A stretch of DNA of 64,000 bases, from assembly GCF_009834535.1 (NCBI RefSeq), contig NC_045697.1, positions 93,746,001-93,810,000 on the forward strand, given 5' to 3'. Shown here in pieces: positions 49,556 to 63,566 of the stretch. How positions within the stretch are numbered: position 1 is the first letter of the stretch; every line of letters begins with the position of its first letter. The DNA is from Camelus ferus. Lineage: Eukaryota. The translations under genes and the position numbers were made by a program. Below the pieces are notes generated by a model. The model was not told the DNA's origin. It was given only the letters and a program-made list of their open reading frames with translations, and did no database searches.

Positions 49556-52500
49556 AGTACATCTGATTTCCTATAGGTAGTGTATATGTATATGTTTTTC
49601 TGTTACTTCCATATCATTTTCTTTGATTAGGCAGATAAATCTTCCAGCTTTTAAACTTGGTGCAAGACACAGCATTCTTGAATCTTTTCTCAGTTTGTAA
49701 AGAGTAGGCCATGACTACAAAAATCTATTTTTCAAATTGAGGCTACCATCTGTAGCTTTCCAAACTCTTTACTCATAGTTTCTAATGAGAAAAGAACTTC
49801 AATTATTCATGGGAAAAATATTTATTATTGAAGAATATATGCATAAGTAGAACTGACTTTGAAACCTGCATATTTTGTAAATATAGTTGCTCATTTGAAA
49901 ATTCCTATGTGTCCAAGCAAAGCAATCTCTCCATATTGCCTCTCCAATGAAGAATGAATATGATCGAAATATGGAACCACAGCTTACAAATCTTGATTAT
50001 GTTAAGCCAGTCTCTTTTACTGTCTAAATGACCAGGTTATTTTCATTTGAAGAATTTTTTAATATTATGAAGAAACATTTCAGAGTGACTAAAAGGTGTT
50101 CTAAAACGTTTTTCAAATATGATGACAACAGTTAGTGAAAGAACTCCATTTCTACCATGTTGAAGATATAACTAAATATTTGAACACACTCAAAATACAA
50201 AATTTTAGATATTGATTCAGATGAATTCTTGAAAAATACCTAATGGAATGAATTTTCATCATAATTCTATGTTTAGGAAATAATTCTCACTATGCAATAT
50301 TTTTAGAGAAGGCACTTACTATATTTTATCCATTCTGGTCACATGCATGTGAGTTTGGTTTGTTTATGTCAATAGGAAAGAAATTACAGGATTCAACAGC
50401 CTTATTTAAACCAGTGACAGCACTGCATGTTGATTATCCATAGTTCTCCCTTCTGAGCGTTAGCTGGGCAGATGGTCATCAAGGTATAATTACACGTCCC
50501 AGGTTCCATTACTATTTAAGTTCTACCCAATAGGATGTGAGATTCTGAAATGATGTCTGCCCCTCCAAGGTCATGAATTTAAAGGCATATGGATGTCCGC
50601 CATTTCTGTTATGTCTCACTGCTTGAGGGACCACTGTAGCAGGCATCATGGAGCCAAAGATAGAAGCCACCTGTACTATCAGCCTTTTACCTGCACTTTT
50701 AGACTCTTCTATGAGCTAAGCATCTTTGTTTTTAAGCATTATATTCTGGTGTCTTATTTTCTAATAATACAGTTTAGGTAGTACTTGAATAAAACAAAAA
50801 CGCTCATATTATTTCTAACTTAGTAGCATAAAACTGATAAATAACCATAAATGCTATAATTTTTATATTGTAAATATTGACTGAGTGATTTTTTTCAAAA
50901 GACATTATCTTTTATAAATTTTTAAAATATAAATTTATAATTTTAAATGTAATAACAGTTTTCATTATGCTTATATAATTATCCTCATTACATATCAAAG
51001 CATGCTGTTTTTTTTCTTCATGATCATGATGTAAAACATTTATACTTAGATTTTCTTGGAGTAAAATGTGGGTCAACCTAAATAACAATATTGAATAAAT
51101 AACTATATAGATGATACATGAATATGGCAAAAATCATGAAAATGGCATGCAAATGCCACTGCAGAAAGCACATTTAAAATGTTAATGATTCATAACAAGA
51201 AGCAGTTTGAAAGAATAAGATCTATATTCTCTGCCACAGCTGTGATTCTGCACAATTTACTTAGACTCCATCTCTCACTTTAATTCTGTGGGTAATTTTC
51301 TATGGGTAAGTGTAATAATCATTCCAATCCAGTAAGAGTGCAATATGGATAAAATTTGAACTGTTTTGAGCTTTCAAAAGGCAGTTTCTGAATAGTGAGT
51401 ATTCATATGGCATGGTGTAAAATGATGTGTTCTGATTACCAAAACTGAGATTCTATTGTTTATGTTATAAAACCCCCTATGACAAGAACATTTCTGATGA
51501 TACAGAGCCCTAAAATGATGGCATCATCCTTCATTTGGACATAAGTTGTCACTAATTAATCTCTATAAGCACAGTCCTTCACCATTATGTTTGGTCAGGA
51601 AATCATCAAGTGCAGCTTCAATGGACTTTGAAAAAAGTCTATAAAAGTACATAATCACGATTTGCTGTTTCCTACTCTTAAAGAGCATTAAAACTGTAGA
51701 GAAAAATATAAACTGCCCCCCAAATTTAGTTAAGAAATCTAAACAATATATGAAATTCAATAGAAATTATAAAATTGGTTTTTTAATAGATAATCAAGAT
51801 CATTCTAAAGTTGAACCCTGGCATTTGAACACAGGTGTTAAAGCCATGAGAATCAAACTGCTAAAACAGGGTTTCATTCTTTTATGCACTAGACTAAAAA
51901 AAAGAAAAAAATCCTTTGGTAGTTCTTGGAAATGGTAGATAATCAGGTGAATATAATTGTTAGTTTAGATATTGTTAGTCTGTTGAAAAAGATACTCTTG
52001 TTATAAATTCTTTAATATTTGATCTTGATGAATTATATTATGCAACTTTACGAGCACGTATCTTTTGCTTTAACATTTCAAACAAAGTCAATACAGTTCT
52101 GCTTTGCAGGACTTCTGAGCAATCTACAGACATCCTCATTTGCACTCAGGACTTATAGTTACATGGCAACACCAGCTATTTGATGAGTACTTGCTTGGAC
52201 AGGTACTGGTTAAGTCAGGCATCACTGCACATCATAATGCAATTTTACCTTCAATAAAAAGTTAATATTTTTACATTTCTAAATTTCTTTATTTCATTTA
52301 CTGAGTTTCCCAATTCTGCCTACTGTTTTATTTAACAACTTAATAAAACTTGTGAGGTTTTTCCTTTGGATAGGCTTTAGGGAATAATTTCTTTATTCCA
52401 TTTCCTAAGGAAAAGTTTTATTATCCAATAAGAATTATTGCTAACTTGCATTCATTCTTCAGGGAAAGAGCATACAACCTGCTTTAATATAGAATTTAAT

Positions 52501-53539
52501 TATTGTTAACATTAATATATGATGACCACTAAGAGAATAAATCATTGCAGGAAAAAAAAAAAGAAAAAAAAAAGGATACTTCATTTGCCTTAAAGTGAAG
52601 TAATAGGATGCTGAGAGTTGCTGCCCAGGTAAGGTTACTGTACTTAAATTGTTTCTTTCCTTTTTTTCTTTTTAATCCCCTTTGGGTGATGCCCATTTTT
52701 TTTTTCACCTGTCCTCCCTTGTTCTGGCGCTACCTTATTATTTCCTAGACCACTTTCTCCATTCCTTTCCTTACACCTTGAAAATATGCCTCTGAGAATT
52801 CAAACTCTAGTTTGATGGAGCATTTAGGTCACTATTCTAAGTTATATTGAATTTAATCATGGGGTCACTTGAACCAAGTAGCTTTGCTGTTTCTAATCTA
52901 CTAAGTGCACATTTTCTCTGAGGTTGGATAGGACCAGTCCTATCAGGATTTCTGACACAGAAGGTCAGTAATTCATTATTTCATCCAGAACTTTATATTT
53001 TATTGTTCTACATCGCTCAAAAGTTTCAGAGTTTTTGTGGAGAAAATGAAATATTCTACCGCTAAACTAGATTGCCATTTTTTGTCTTCTTTATGTTATC
53101 ATGGGATTTATTATTTTTTCGCCTCAATTTCAAGTTTTTCACTTGGTAACCTATCTTTTATCTTTTTATCTCTAACTTGTATCTATAATATGACACATAT
53201 AATGCACTTTCATTTCCACACAGTTGTATTTATTCATTTGAAAAATTCTAATTTAATTAAATTGAAATGGGTTTTAATAAAGACGGTAGGATTATAAACA
53301 ATTTACTTAATGTGCTTTTTAATATCTTTTTGATGTTTTAAAAGTAATTAGCAATGCCATTTATATATTTTGAGTAATTCTATGGAAATATTAAGAAAAC
53401 ATGTAAAACTGATCCATCATAAATTCTTTTTTAAAATTATATATTGGGAAATTAAAAGTAGTCAATTTCTAAAATATACCTTGAAACAAATGCAGAAGCG
53501 TTTGTTACTTTTAATTGGAAAAAGAGTCTTTGCAGTAAA

Positions 53540-53800
53540 AGCCAGGAAGGCAAAATCCCATGTTTTAGACCAGGCTGAGCCACTATTTTCTGTGACACTG
53601 GGCAAATTGTTAGGCTTAGTCATATTTAATGATATATGCAGAGCACTGTATAGTTTACAAACTCTTGCAAACATTGCATTAGGTCTTCACAAAACACTAG
53701 TTAAGAAAGAACAAACTGAGATTTAAGATGTTAAATAATACAGAAAAACATTATAAAACATTTTATTAGCAAAATATTCAGTAGAACTTAGGTCTGGCAT
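53540..53800. mobile_element. MIR fragments (opposite orientations)
   Basis: CTGTGACACTGGGCAAATTGTT (plus), then GGTCTTCACAAAACACT...AAACTGAGATTTAAGATGTTAAAT (reverse core). Confidence 0.45.
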
Positions 53801-54019
53801 CCTTATGCCACGTATTTTCAATTATAGAATGCTGCTTCATTCAAATCAAGCCAGTAACTCTATTTCCAAACATATGAAAATTATATGCTATTAAGAAAAA
53901 ACAAGCAACTACCTCATGGTGTTCTTATGTGACAAATGTAAAATTGACTTTACAATTATAGAACACTGTCTAACTTTTCAGATTTTATTTTTAATGTGGT
54001 TGATATTTTTAAAAGCAAG

Positions 54020-55980
54020 TTGTCAAAATACACCAATGAAAGACAGTTATTGTCAAAGCAGATTAAACAAATAACCAAAATACATGCCATCCACAAGCAA
54101 TTTACTTCAGATACAATGAAATGGGTAAGCTGATAGTAAAGGGGTAGGGAAATATATAAGCATTGATCACAGGAAAATAAGAGTGGCTATATTAATATCA
54201 GGTAAAGGAGAAACAGAGCAAATAAAGTACCAGAGACAGAAATGGATAATATATAATGATATGACGGTAAAGCCATGAAAAAGACATGGAAATCTTAAAT
54301 GAATATACACCAAACAACAGCCACAAAATATGTGAAGCAAATACTGACTGAACTGAAAGAAGAAAGAGACAAATATATAATTATAATTGCAGACATCAGC
54401 ACCCTTCTCTAAATAGTTAATGAAACAACTAGACAGAAAATCAACGAGGATATGTAAGAACTCAACACCATCATAAAAAAGTGGATCCAATTGATATGGA
54501 TAGAATATTTCAACTGCCTATGACACATGTACCAAGACAGACCATATTCTGGACCATAAAACAAATCTCAACAAATATAAAAACAAAATTAAATAAAATC
54601 ATGTGGAGTGTGTTGTCCAACCACCACAGAAACAAAGAAATCTGCTATTACAGATAACAAGGAAATACCCAAATACATAGGCTTTAAATAATACATTTCT
54701 AGTTAGCTTACAGGTCAAAGAGAAAGTCTCAGGAATATCAAATTATCCATTGAACTGAATAAAAACGAAAATACAACAGAATAAATCTGTGAAACAAAGC
54801 TTAACAAATGCTGACAGGAAAATGTACAGCACTAAACGCTTACATTAGAAAAAAAATCAAATCAATAATTGAAGCTCCCACATCAAGAGCCTAGCAAAAG
54901 AAGAACAAAATAAGCCCAAATCGAGTAGAAAGAAGGAAAAACGAAAGAGTAGAAATCACTGAAATTTAAAATAGAAATACAATAGGTAAAATCAAGAAAA
55001 GAGAGTTTTATATATATATATATATTTTTTCTGTATTTAAAGCCTCTGTGGACTCAGTATTTCATTTTTATTTTTTTAAACTGAGATAATTGACATATAG
55101 CAAGCATTTCAAATGTACAACATAATGACTTGATATTTTCTGGACCCTCCATTTTATACTCAGTAGAGCAATTAACATGCTTTAATTTCTGGTCCTTAGA
55201 GAGTTATACTTTTTTAAAAGATTAACAAAATTGAGAAACCTATAGCAAGACTGACAAAAAAAGAGAAGACCAATTCCCACTATTATGAAAGAAACCAGGG
55301 TATCACAACATATCCTGCATACATTACTACCAGAAAAAACGACACACACATGAATTTAATCAATCAGACAAAATGGGGTAATTCACTGAACACCAACTAT
55401 CACAATTCACTCAATAAGAAATGGATACAATAAGTAGTCCCACTACTTTAAAGCAAATTGAGTTTTTAGTTAAGATACTCCAAACAAATCAGGAAGCCCA
55501 TATGGTTTTGCAGGAGACCATGAACAAACATTTAAAGAAGAATTAACATCAATTCTGTAGAAGCTCTTTCAGAAAATTGATGAGGAGGAAATGTTTCCCT
55601 CTTTATATTATGATGCTAGCATGACCCTGTTATCAAAACCAGATAAAGCCACTACAAAAATCAAGTAAAAATCCCTTAAAATAAAGTAGCAATCAATAGT
55701 AAATACTTTAAATATTCAAATATTTGGAAGTTTAAAAACACATTTCTAAAAACTGTCTCTAGTGTTTCTTTGTGATGTTGTATGCAGAAAATTCTAAGAA
55801 GTCCTTCAAAATTTACAATAATGATACTAAAAATAATAAGAGCATTTTACAATTATGTAAGACATGTGGTTATTAAAGAAAAGTCAATGGTAGTCCGTAA
55901 CTAAAAATAAACACTTAGAGAATGAAATAAAAACATTTATAACAGCATCATAAAATATAACATTTATATAAATAAATTTA
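54020..55980 (+). mobile_element. Old LINE-1 ORF2 (endonuclease into RT region), degraded
   Basis: ATACACCAATGAAAGACAG (EN start), GAGTGGCTATATTAATATCAG, GCAGACATCAGCACCCTTCTCT, ACCATATTCTGGACCATAAAACAAATCTCAACAAA, AAACATTTAAAGAAGAATTAACATCAATTCT. Confidence 0.85.
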
Positions 55981-56519
55981 ATGAAAGATAAACAATTCCT
56001 CTCCACTGAATACAAAAGTTTCTAATAGAATAAAGCATACATTTACCATATGATTTGATCTTTTCAGCCCCATATATTTACCTGAGAAATATGAAACAAA
56101 ACAAAAACAACCACCCTCATCACCACAAAAACAAAACAAAAAGACATTCTCAAATACAAAAGGAATCAAGTTCATACCAGCAGCCATATGACTTCCCACA
56201 AATTCTACTGGGAGATGTAAACCAGAAACAAGAAATTAATTAAAATAAAATTTTGTGATAAGAAAACTGTAGGGGAACAGACAGTTGATGGCCACTGAAT
56301 CAGTTTAACATATAATTAAGAGTGCAGAACTAAATATTTTAGGCACAAAACACCATCTGAATCTTAAAATATTTAAAAACAAAAATCGCTCTAAAAGATT
56401 AACACTCTGGTTAACTCTTTTTACATTTTAAAAGTGAATATTTTATATGATATATTATGGAAAATGAAAACTGAATGGACATTTTTGGAGAAAATAAAAT
56501 ACTCAATCCCAATCTAACT

Positions 56520-59378
56520 CTTTTCCAACCATTTACTTTCCATTATATGCTTTGCTCCAGGGTTTACTCTATACATTTTAATTCATCACAATCTAGTTCA
56601 GATTTATATTAATTTGATTACAGTGAAATATAGAAATGTTATTCCTATATAACCCTGTTTCCTATTCTCCATTCAGTGCTTTGAGTCTATATATCACATA
56701 CATACTTATGTTAGATATAAAATTATATATAGGTTTTCTATGTACATATACATTAGTATATATACACATGTATATAAATACATGTACACAATATTACATA
56801 TAAATATGCATTACATATGTTACATTTCCTACAATATATTATGAATTTTTACTTCATGTATTTTTATGTCTGTTCAAGAAATTGAGAAAAGAAAGGAAAT
56901 TAAGTATATAAGAACTCTGTTGTGTTTATCTTATTTATCACTTCAGATTCTATTTATTTGTTCCTGTGGGTTCAAAATACCATCCAGTATCATTTCTTTA
57001 ATCCATTTACAACTCTGCTCCCACTAACTTCCTTTGTGAGCTTATTATCAAATAAATGACATTTCTTTATGTCATAGAAAAAACAAATATAATTTTACAT
57101 ATGTGTATAAAACTCCTGTTTAAATAAGCTAAGAAAAGGAAGAACAAAAAACGCATTTATACTGTCTTTATCATTATAGAATTAACTTTATGACTGTTCA
57201 TTGATTTTTAGGTAGATTTGAATTCCATCTGGATATACTTGCTAATAGCCTGGAGAACTTCCTTCAGTGCTTTTTGTAAGGCAGGAATGACAGCACCAAA
57301 TTCTCTCAGTTTGTGTTTATCTGTGAATGTATTTATTTTGCATTCATCTTTGAAAAGTATTTTGCTGTATATAAGCTTTTTGGTTGACATTTGTTCTTTC
57401 TGCATGTTACCTCACCCCATTGACTTCTGGCCTCTATTGTTTCCCAGGAGAAGTCAGGTTTTAATCTTCCTGGCTTTCCTCATTCATGATGAGCCATTTT
57501 TCTCTTGCTATTTTCATATTTTTCCTTTTGCTCTTGGCTTTTGGCAATTTTACTATAATATGTTGGAGTGTGAATCATTTGCATTTATCCTACTTGGAGT
57601 TCACTGAGCTTACTGGATATGTAAATTAATGTGTTTTATCAGCCATTATTTCTTCTAATACCTGCTTTTGCTCTTTTCTCTTCCTTCTCTCCTTCTGGTA
57701 CACCCATCATGTGTATATCCTTGCACTTAAAAATGTCCCTCATTTCTTCGAGGCCTGCTTATTTTCCTTCATTCTATTTTCTCTGTTTTTCAGATTGCAT
57801 ATTTTCGATTGATCTATCTCCCAATTTATATATTCTTTCTTCTGGCTTTTCAAGTCTACAGTTAGCCCCTTTAATTTTCAAGTCAAGTACTGTACTTTTT
57901 ACTCCAGAATTTCCATTTCGGTATTCCAATTTGAACACCTTTATTATAGCTAACTTGAAATCTTTGTTAAATCTGACATCTGGTCCCTCTTACTGGCCAT
58001 GTCTTTTGCCTGTTGTTGTTTGTTCATTTTTCCTGTAATGGGTCACACTGATATTTCTTTGCATGTCTCATAATTTTTGTTATGGCTGTAAAAAACTGGG
58101 CATTTTAGGTAATACATTATAGCAACTCTGGATAGTGATTTTCCTCTGCCATTCTCTGAGGTTTGTTTGTGTTGTTTATTTGTTTTGTGACTTAGCTAGG
58201 CTATGTTACTGCAGTCTGTTTCCCTTGTCTATGACGACTTTGATGTGGCTTCTTGGAGAAAGCAGTGTTGGGTGTGCTGTGACCACACTGAGATGACAGT
58301 GATTTTAGCAGGGCAGTATTTCACTTTCTCTTTTTCTGATCTCTCTGGTAAACTGCCTGCTTTATTTGGTATTATACACCTACTCCTTAAGCTCAATTAA
58401 TCACCGCTGATTTCTTTATTGACAATGCCATAGGAGATAAAAAATGTTCAGTAGTCTGATCAAATTATGTTTTGGCACGAGTGGTTTTTGAGGCCAGCTT
58501 TTGAGGTTTTAAATCCAGGAGGGCTCTTTGCTCTTTCTCTGGCTTTCAGTAATGAGCTCAATGGCCTATGGTTTAGTGTGTTGTTCTTAATTAAAAGGAA
58601 CTCTTGTTTCAAGAGTGCTCTTAGGCTAAACTTTTCACACTCTGTTTACAAATAAAGTTAGTCCCTTGGGGAGAGCTTCAGAGCTCTCTCTTTTTATGCA
58701 TAGCTTCCTAGGCAAATTATCTGAGCCTCTATTCTGGGTTCGAGTCAGGAGTAACTTCTGTTCTTCATGGCTTTCCTCTACTTTCCTCTCTAGTGTGGCC
58801 CACCTACCCCATGAATGACCTGAGAAGAGAGCATCTGAGGCCCCAGTATCTTCGGCCTGCTGTACCTGGAGTAGGGACTCTGTCCTAAGAGAAGGGGGCT
58901 GCCGGAATATGGGAGCCCCAACCTCTGAGCTGTACCTACCAAGAATTCAGCCTCTTCAACACTGACTTGGAAGGGATGAGAACTGCTGGTGGCCTGGCCC
59001 TCTCGGAGAGATACAGTAAGCCTTGACTGGAGCATGAGAAGACAGCAAAGGCTGTATTCATCTTTTTAGATATTTTCACCCAGAGTGAAACTTCCAACTA
59101 GCTGAGCTATGGAAAGGGAGGAGGGGGCAGAAGAAAGTGGGTGGTGGCTCAAACGTCAAAATCTCACCGATCTTACTGAGTTTTAGTAGATTATCCTAGA
59201 GAAACATGTCTTCCCTTATTCTATGCCCTTAGGGCAATTTCCTGAGCTGCAGAATAGTTGAGGTTTTTTTTTTTTTTCTGCCTTTTGGTTTTGTTTTAAT
59301 AGGTTTTTTTCCCCCCACAACTTTGCTTGTTTTGCTGGGGAATGAGTCTGCTGAGCTGCTAATTCTATCATCCTGGAA
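56520..59378 (-). mobile_element. Old LINE-1 (L1MC/MD-type) 5' UTR + ORF1 + inter-ORF region
   Basis: ORF 57208..57405(-) KILFKDECKINTFTDKHKLREFGAVIPALQKALKEVLQ matches the ORF1p C-terminal domain; GC-richer 5' UTR ends near 59378. Confidence 0.85.
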
Positions 59379-60359
59379 ATGGAATTCAACTTACAAAATC
59401 TTTTTTTTCCCCCAATGCATGACAAAAGCGAAACTCAAAACAACAACAGTCTATATTAACTGCAAAATGATCTAGCAGAGGGAGTGCCACACATTTTCAA
59501 AGCCTATAAATGCATTCTCAGTAAGAGCACCATTGTCATGGTCAGCCTCGAAAATTGCTCCTCAATAAAACAGGATGGCTTCCTACCCTGACTGCACTTG
59601 ATTTTTTATTCACTACATAGCATTTCTGCATATTCTAAAGTGCATACACTCCTTTAGCCCTAGTTTGCCAAAATGCTTTGTCTATTATTCTCATTTAATT
59701 GAATCCAGCTCTACATACATTTCTACTTGGCCCTCTACATTGAAAACACTGTCATATAGGTAAGTTTCCTGGGTTTTAAAAAAAGAATTATAAACATTAG
59801 TAAGTAACTTGATGATATAGTTCTGAAGATGTCTCAGTACATATGTGTGAGGTAGTGAACAGTTAAGAAGAACAAGTCTTCTCTTCAAAATGTTTATAAA
59901 TAAATTAATAAAATGTAAAAAACGAAAATGTTTCTTGAATAATGTGAAAACAAGTGAACTCATAGAGAAAAAAATTTAAAAAGCCCTGGCTAGGATCTTA
60001 TTAAAAACTAGAACACGTAAACAGTATAAATTTTATTACATAAAAACATCTAAAAATTGTTCAACAAATAATACTCCATATACAATTTCAATAAAACCAT
60101 CTGAGAAAAAAGATATATAATTCAGTCAGTGGTTCAGTCGCCCTACTAAATCAAATAGCCAGTGGAAATTTGAGGAATTCTAATTTAGAAATGGATGCAG
60201 ATCAAGTGTAAACTTCATAGAGGTATTGTTAATTCAGTAAAGCTGACGATAACCAGGAATCTCCTACCCAAGTATGGATCTTAAGAGTCCATCTGTGGAG
60301 ACAAAGAGGTCTCAGACCAAATGCTTAACTAGCCAGCTACTTGAGGGATTACAGCCTTC

Positions 60360-61295
60360 CTTCTCCTGACTGTCGGCTCATATAGCACACATACAGCTTT
60401 TTACTGTCTGTCTTTTTAGTTGGTATATTTAGACCTCTGATGTTTAAAATGATATAATTGCATTAATATCTACCTGTCTTAGTCCATTTAGGTTGCCATG
60501 TCAAAGGTACCATACACTGAGTGGCTTAAACAACAAACATGTCTTTCTCACAGCTCTGGAAACTAAGAAGTCCAAAATCAAGTGCCAGAGATTCAGTGCT
60601 TGGTGACAGCTGCTTCCTGTCCTCTCACTGTGACCTCACAGTAGGAATGGGCTAGGGAGCTCTTGGGGCTTCCTTTTTTAAGGGATTTTTTAAGCCATTC
60701 ATGAGGGCCACATCCTCATGAGCTAATCACCTCTCAGGGACCTCCCTCTCCATATATGCTCACACTGAGGATTAGATTTCAACATAAGAATCCGGGGAAG
60801 ACAGGAATATTCAGCCTATAATTCCACCACATTTGGTACTGTTTTCTATTCATTGCCCTTGCTCTTTATTCCTTTTTTTTGTCTTCCATCTTTGTCTGCC
60901 TTTTGTGCATTTTATATGATTCCGCTTTCTCTTCTGTCTTAGCGTTTCAGTTACACATTCTTTTAGCATTTTTTAGGGATTGACTTGAAACATTCAATGT
61001 GCATTTACAACTAATCCAAGACCAATTTGAAATAACACTACACCACTTCACAGGTACTCCAAGTACTTCTAAGAACAAAATAATCCTAATTCCTACCTCC
61101 TATCTCTGAATCATTGCTGTTATTCATTTCACCTGTACACAAACTCGCATAAGCAGTACGCACACACATAACTGAATAAATATATTGTTGCCATTCTTAT
61201 TTTGAACAGTTATCTGTTAGATCAATTCAGAATAAAAAAACAACATTTTAATTTTACCTTTACTTATTCCTTCTCTAATGCCTTTTCTTTCTTTT
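60360..61295 (-). mobile_element. Old L1 inter-ORF / ORF2-start fragment, interrupted by MLT1A
   Basis: GTCTTTTTAGTTGGTATATTTAGACC...TAATATCTACC | ACATTTGGTACTGTTTTCTATT...; L1 sequence resumes after the LTR. Confidence 0.65.
60475..60823 (-). mobile_element. MaLR solo LTR (MLT1A-like) with 5-bp TSD
   Basis: TGTCTTAGTCCATTTAGGTTGCC...GAGTGGCTTAAACAACAAACAT...GGATTAGATTTCAACATAAGAAT; flanks CTACC (60470-60474) and CCACC (60824-60828). Confidence 0.88.
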
Positions 61296-61449
61296 TTTAG
61301 CCCTGAATGTCTATCAGGTGCTGCCTATATAATCCAAATACAAATAACAGAGAGCAGAATAGGAGTAACCATACTATGCTACAAATACTGTTAGTTACTG
61401 CTCCACATACACTACTACTACTAGTAGCAGTAATAATAAGCAATAGTTA

Positions 61450-61800
61450 TAACTGTACTTCAATTAAAAAATTGTTACAAATATATCCTGCGTGCTCATC
61501 ATGGTCCTAGGACCTTAGACATTCTAGCTTACTTTACTCTGCAATGATCTTGGGAACCTAAGGCATGGGGAGGGTGTTTAACTGGTCCAAAGTCACTCAG
61601 AAGGTAAGTAATGGAGCTGAAACAAAGCAAAAGTGACTATGCATAATTACTTTTTAAAAGGCAACTCTCCTCAACTGAGTCGAAGCTCAATTAGGATGAG
61701 GAAAGATTGTTTTATCTGGCCAGCAGATCCACAGCATCGATGTCTGGTACTTACCATGAGTTCAGTACATACTGAGGTAAAGAATGAACAAATGAATAAA
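61450..61800. mobile_element. MIR (minus) followed by an L2 3' tail (plus)
   Basis: AACTGGTCCAAAGTCACTCAGAAGGTAAGTAATGGAGCTG; then GTCTGGTACTTACCATGAGTTCAGTACATAC...GAATGAACAAATGAATAAA. Confidence 0.5.
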
Positions 61801-63566
61801 CTGCATCACACATGCTTGTGTCTAACTCTGTTATTTTTCATTATTTTCTCAAGATAAGCACTTACAGAAAAAAAATTAAGGTATTTTCTGTGTTACCAAC
61901 AATATATGAGTGTAAAACCAATTTACATTGCTGTAAGAAACATTTAAGAATGTTTCTGTGCCAACATAATAAGCCACAGTGGTTCTTAAGCATATACCAA
62001 ATTTTGCCATTTTGAAAAGCAGGGTGTATAATTTAATATTTATTACTAAAATTTTATTTATAATAATAATGTTTCATTTGTAAACATTATAAACATTGGC
62101 CATGTATATTTATTTTTCTGTGAATGTCTGCTTATATTTTTTTATAGAAAATCATTTATGTGATTAAAGAAATTAATCTCATATTAAAGTATTTGTGATT
62201 TGCCACTTCTTTCTTGAATATACCAGTAATAATTCTACTTACATGTCTTAATTCAAACCAGTCTTATTAAAATCAGCTTTTTCTCATTCTAATAATTGTT
62301 TTAACAAGGCTAAAATGCTGTGGCAATTTTATAAAACTCATTGGTTTCCTCTGACGTATATAAATGGAAAAAAATTCTAACTATTAATTAGATAGATATA
62401 ATGAACCCAATGAAGCACTGGGACAGTATAAAGAAACCCTGAAAGAATAAAAAAGAACACCAAAATTTGTTTTAATCCATATAAGGAGAAAGCTTTGGTA
62501 GTACTAAACAAAACAAAAAACAAATAAAGATTCACAGCACTGGGGGAAAAAATAAGATCTAACATAGGATTTCACTATTCTTGCCATTATTAGTCCTTTT
62601 CTCACAGAGAAATTTTGAATAAAATGTCTTAACTACATATTGCTGCCAATAAAATTGACAAGATAGTTACAGAGAAGCTTTCAAATCCATTGCAAAAGCA
62701 ATTTATATTCCGTCTACCCACATGTACAGGCAAAGAACAGCACTGGGATTTAGCTGCTTCTAAGTAGTCTTAGAATGAATTTCACCAACATTGATTTAGT
62801 CAGTACAGTAAAAATATGCTCTTTATTATTTTTTTTCCAAAAGTAGTACATGCTTTATATTATGGCAGGAATGAAAAAGAAAAAAAAAAAAAGGTGTACT
62901 CTTCCACAGAATTCCTTTGGTGTTATACGTGAATTTAAAAAAAAACAATCCCAATCTAATAGTATACAGTTAGCCCACTAATCTTGATATACACTGTTAA
63001 CATTTATAAAATTCACGATTGAAAGTTAGAAAAACAGGAACCCAGGATCTCTCACTGCTACGAAGAGCACTTTTTCTTTTTTGACTATTTCTGTTTTCTT
63101 GGAAGAAGTTTAAAGGACTTCATCCACATGTACCTGCAGTTTCATTCCAGACATACGGTAAAGGATGTGTTGCAATGGCTCCCATTCTCACCCTCATTTG
63201 AGAATGAGGTCAAATCTGTTCCTGTAGGTAAGAAGTGTTCATTCAGTCTTTATTTTTAACAGGAAATTGTGGGTTGACCCATCTCAACTATAAGTTAATC
63301 GAGCAAGTAAAAGATGCTGGGGGAGAGGGAAGTGAAAGGTGGTGAAGGACTGGAAGGCGGACCACCTGTTTTATACAGAAGTGAAATCCATGTCGTAGTT
63401 TAGCCTGTGGTGTGTAGTGATTTACAAGGAACTTAGATAACAAGGATGATTGATGTGGATACAAATACCTACATTAAACCTGCTTTAATATTCCACATAT
63501 ATTTATATTTTATAATTTATAATGTATAAATTATTATAATTATAATATTAGAAATATAGTAATTTC

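Noticed and set aside
498..62565. The many 60-146 aa ORFs of the six-frame track as genes
   Set aside because: They are short, many have non-ATG starts or low complexity, many lie antisense to repeats, and they show no recognisable domains except the L1 and hAT relics
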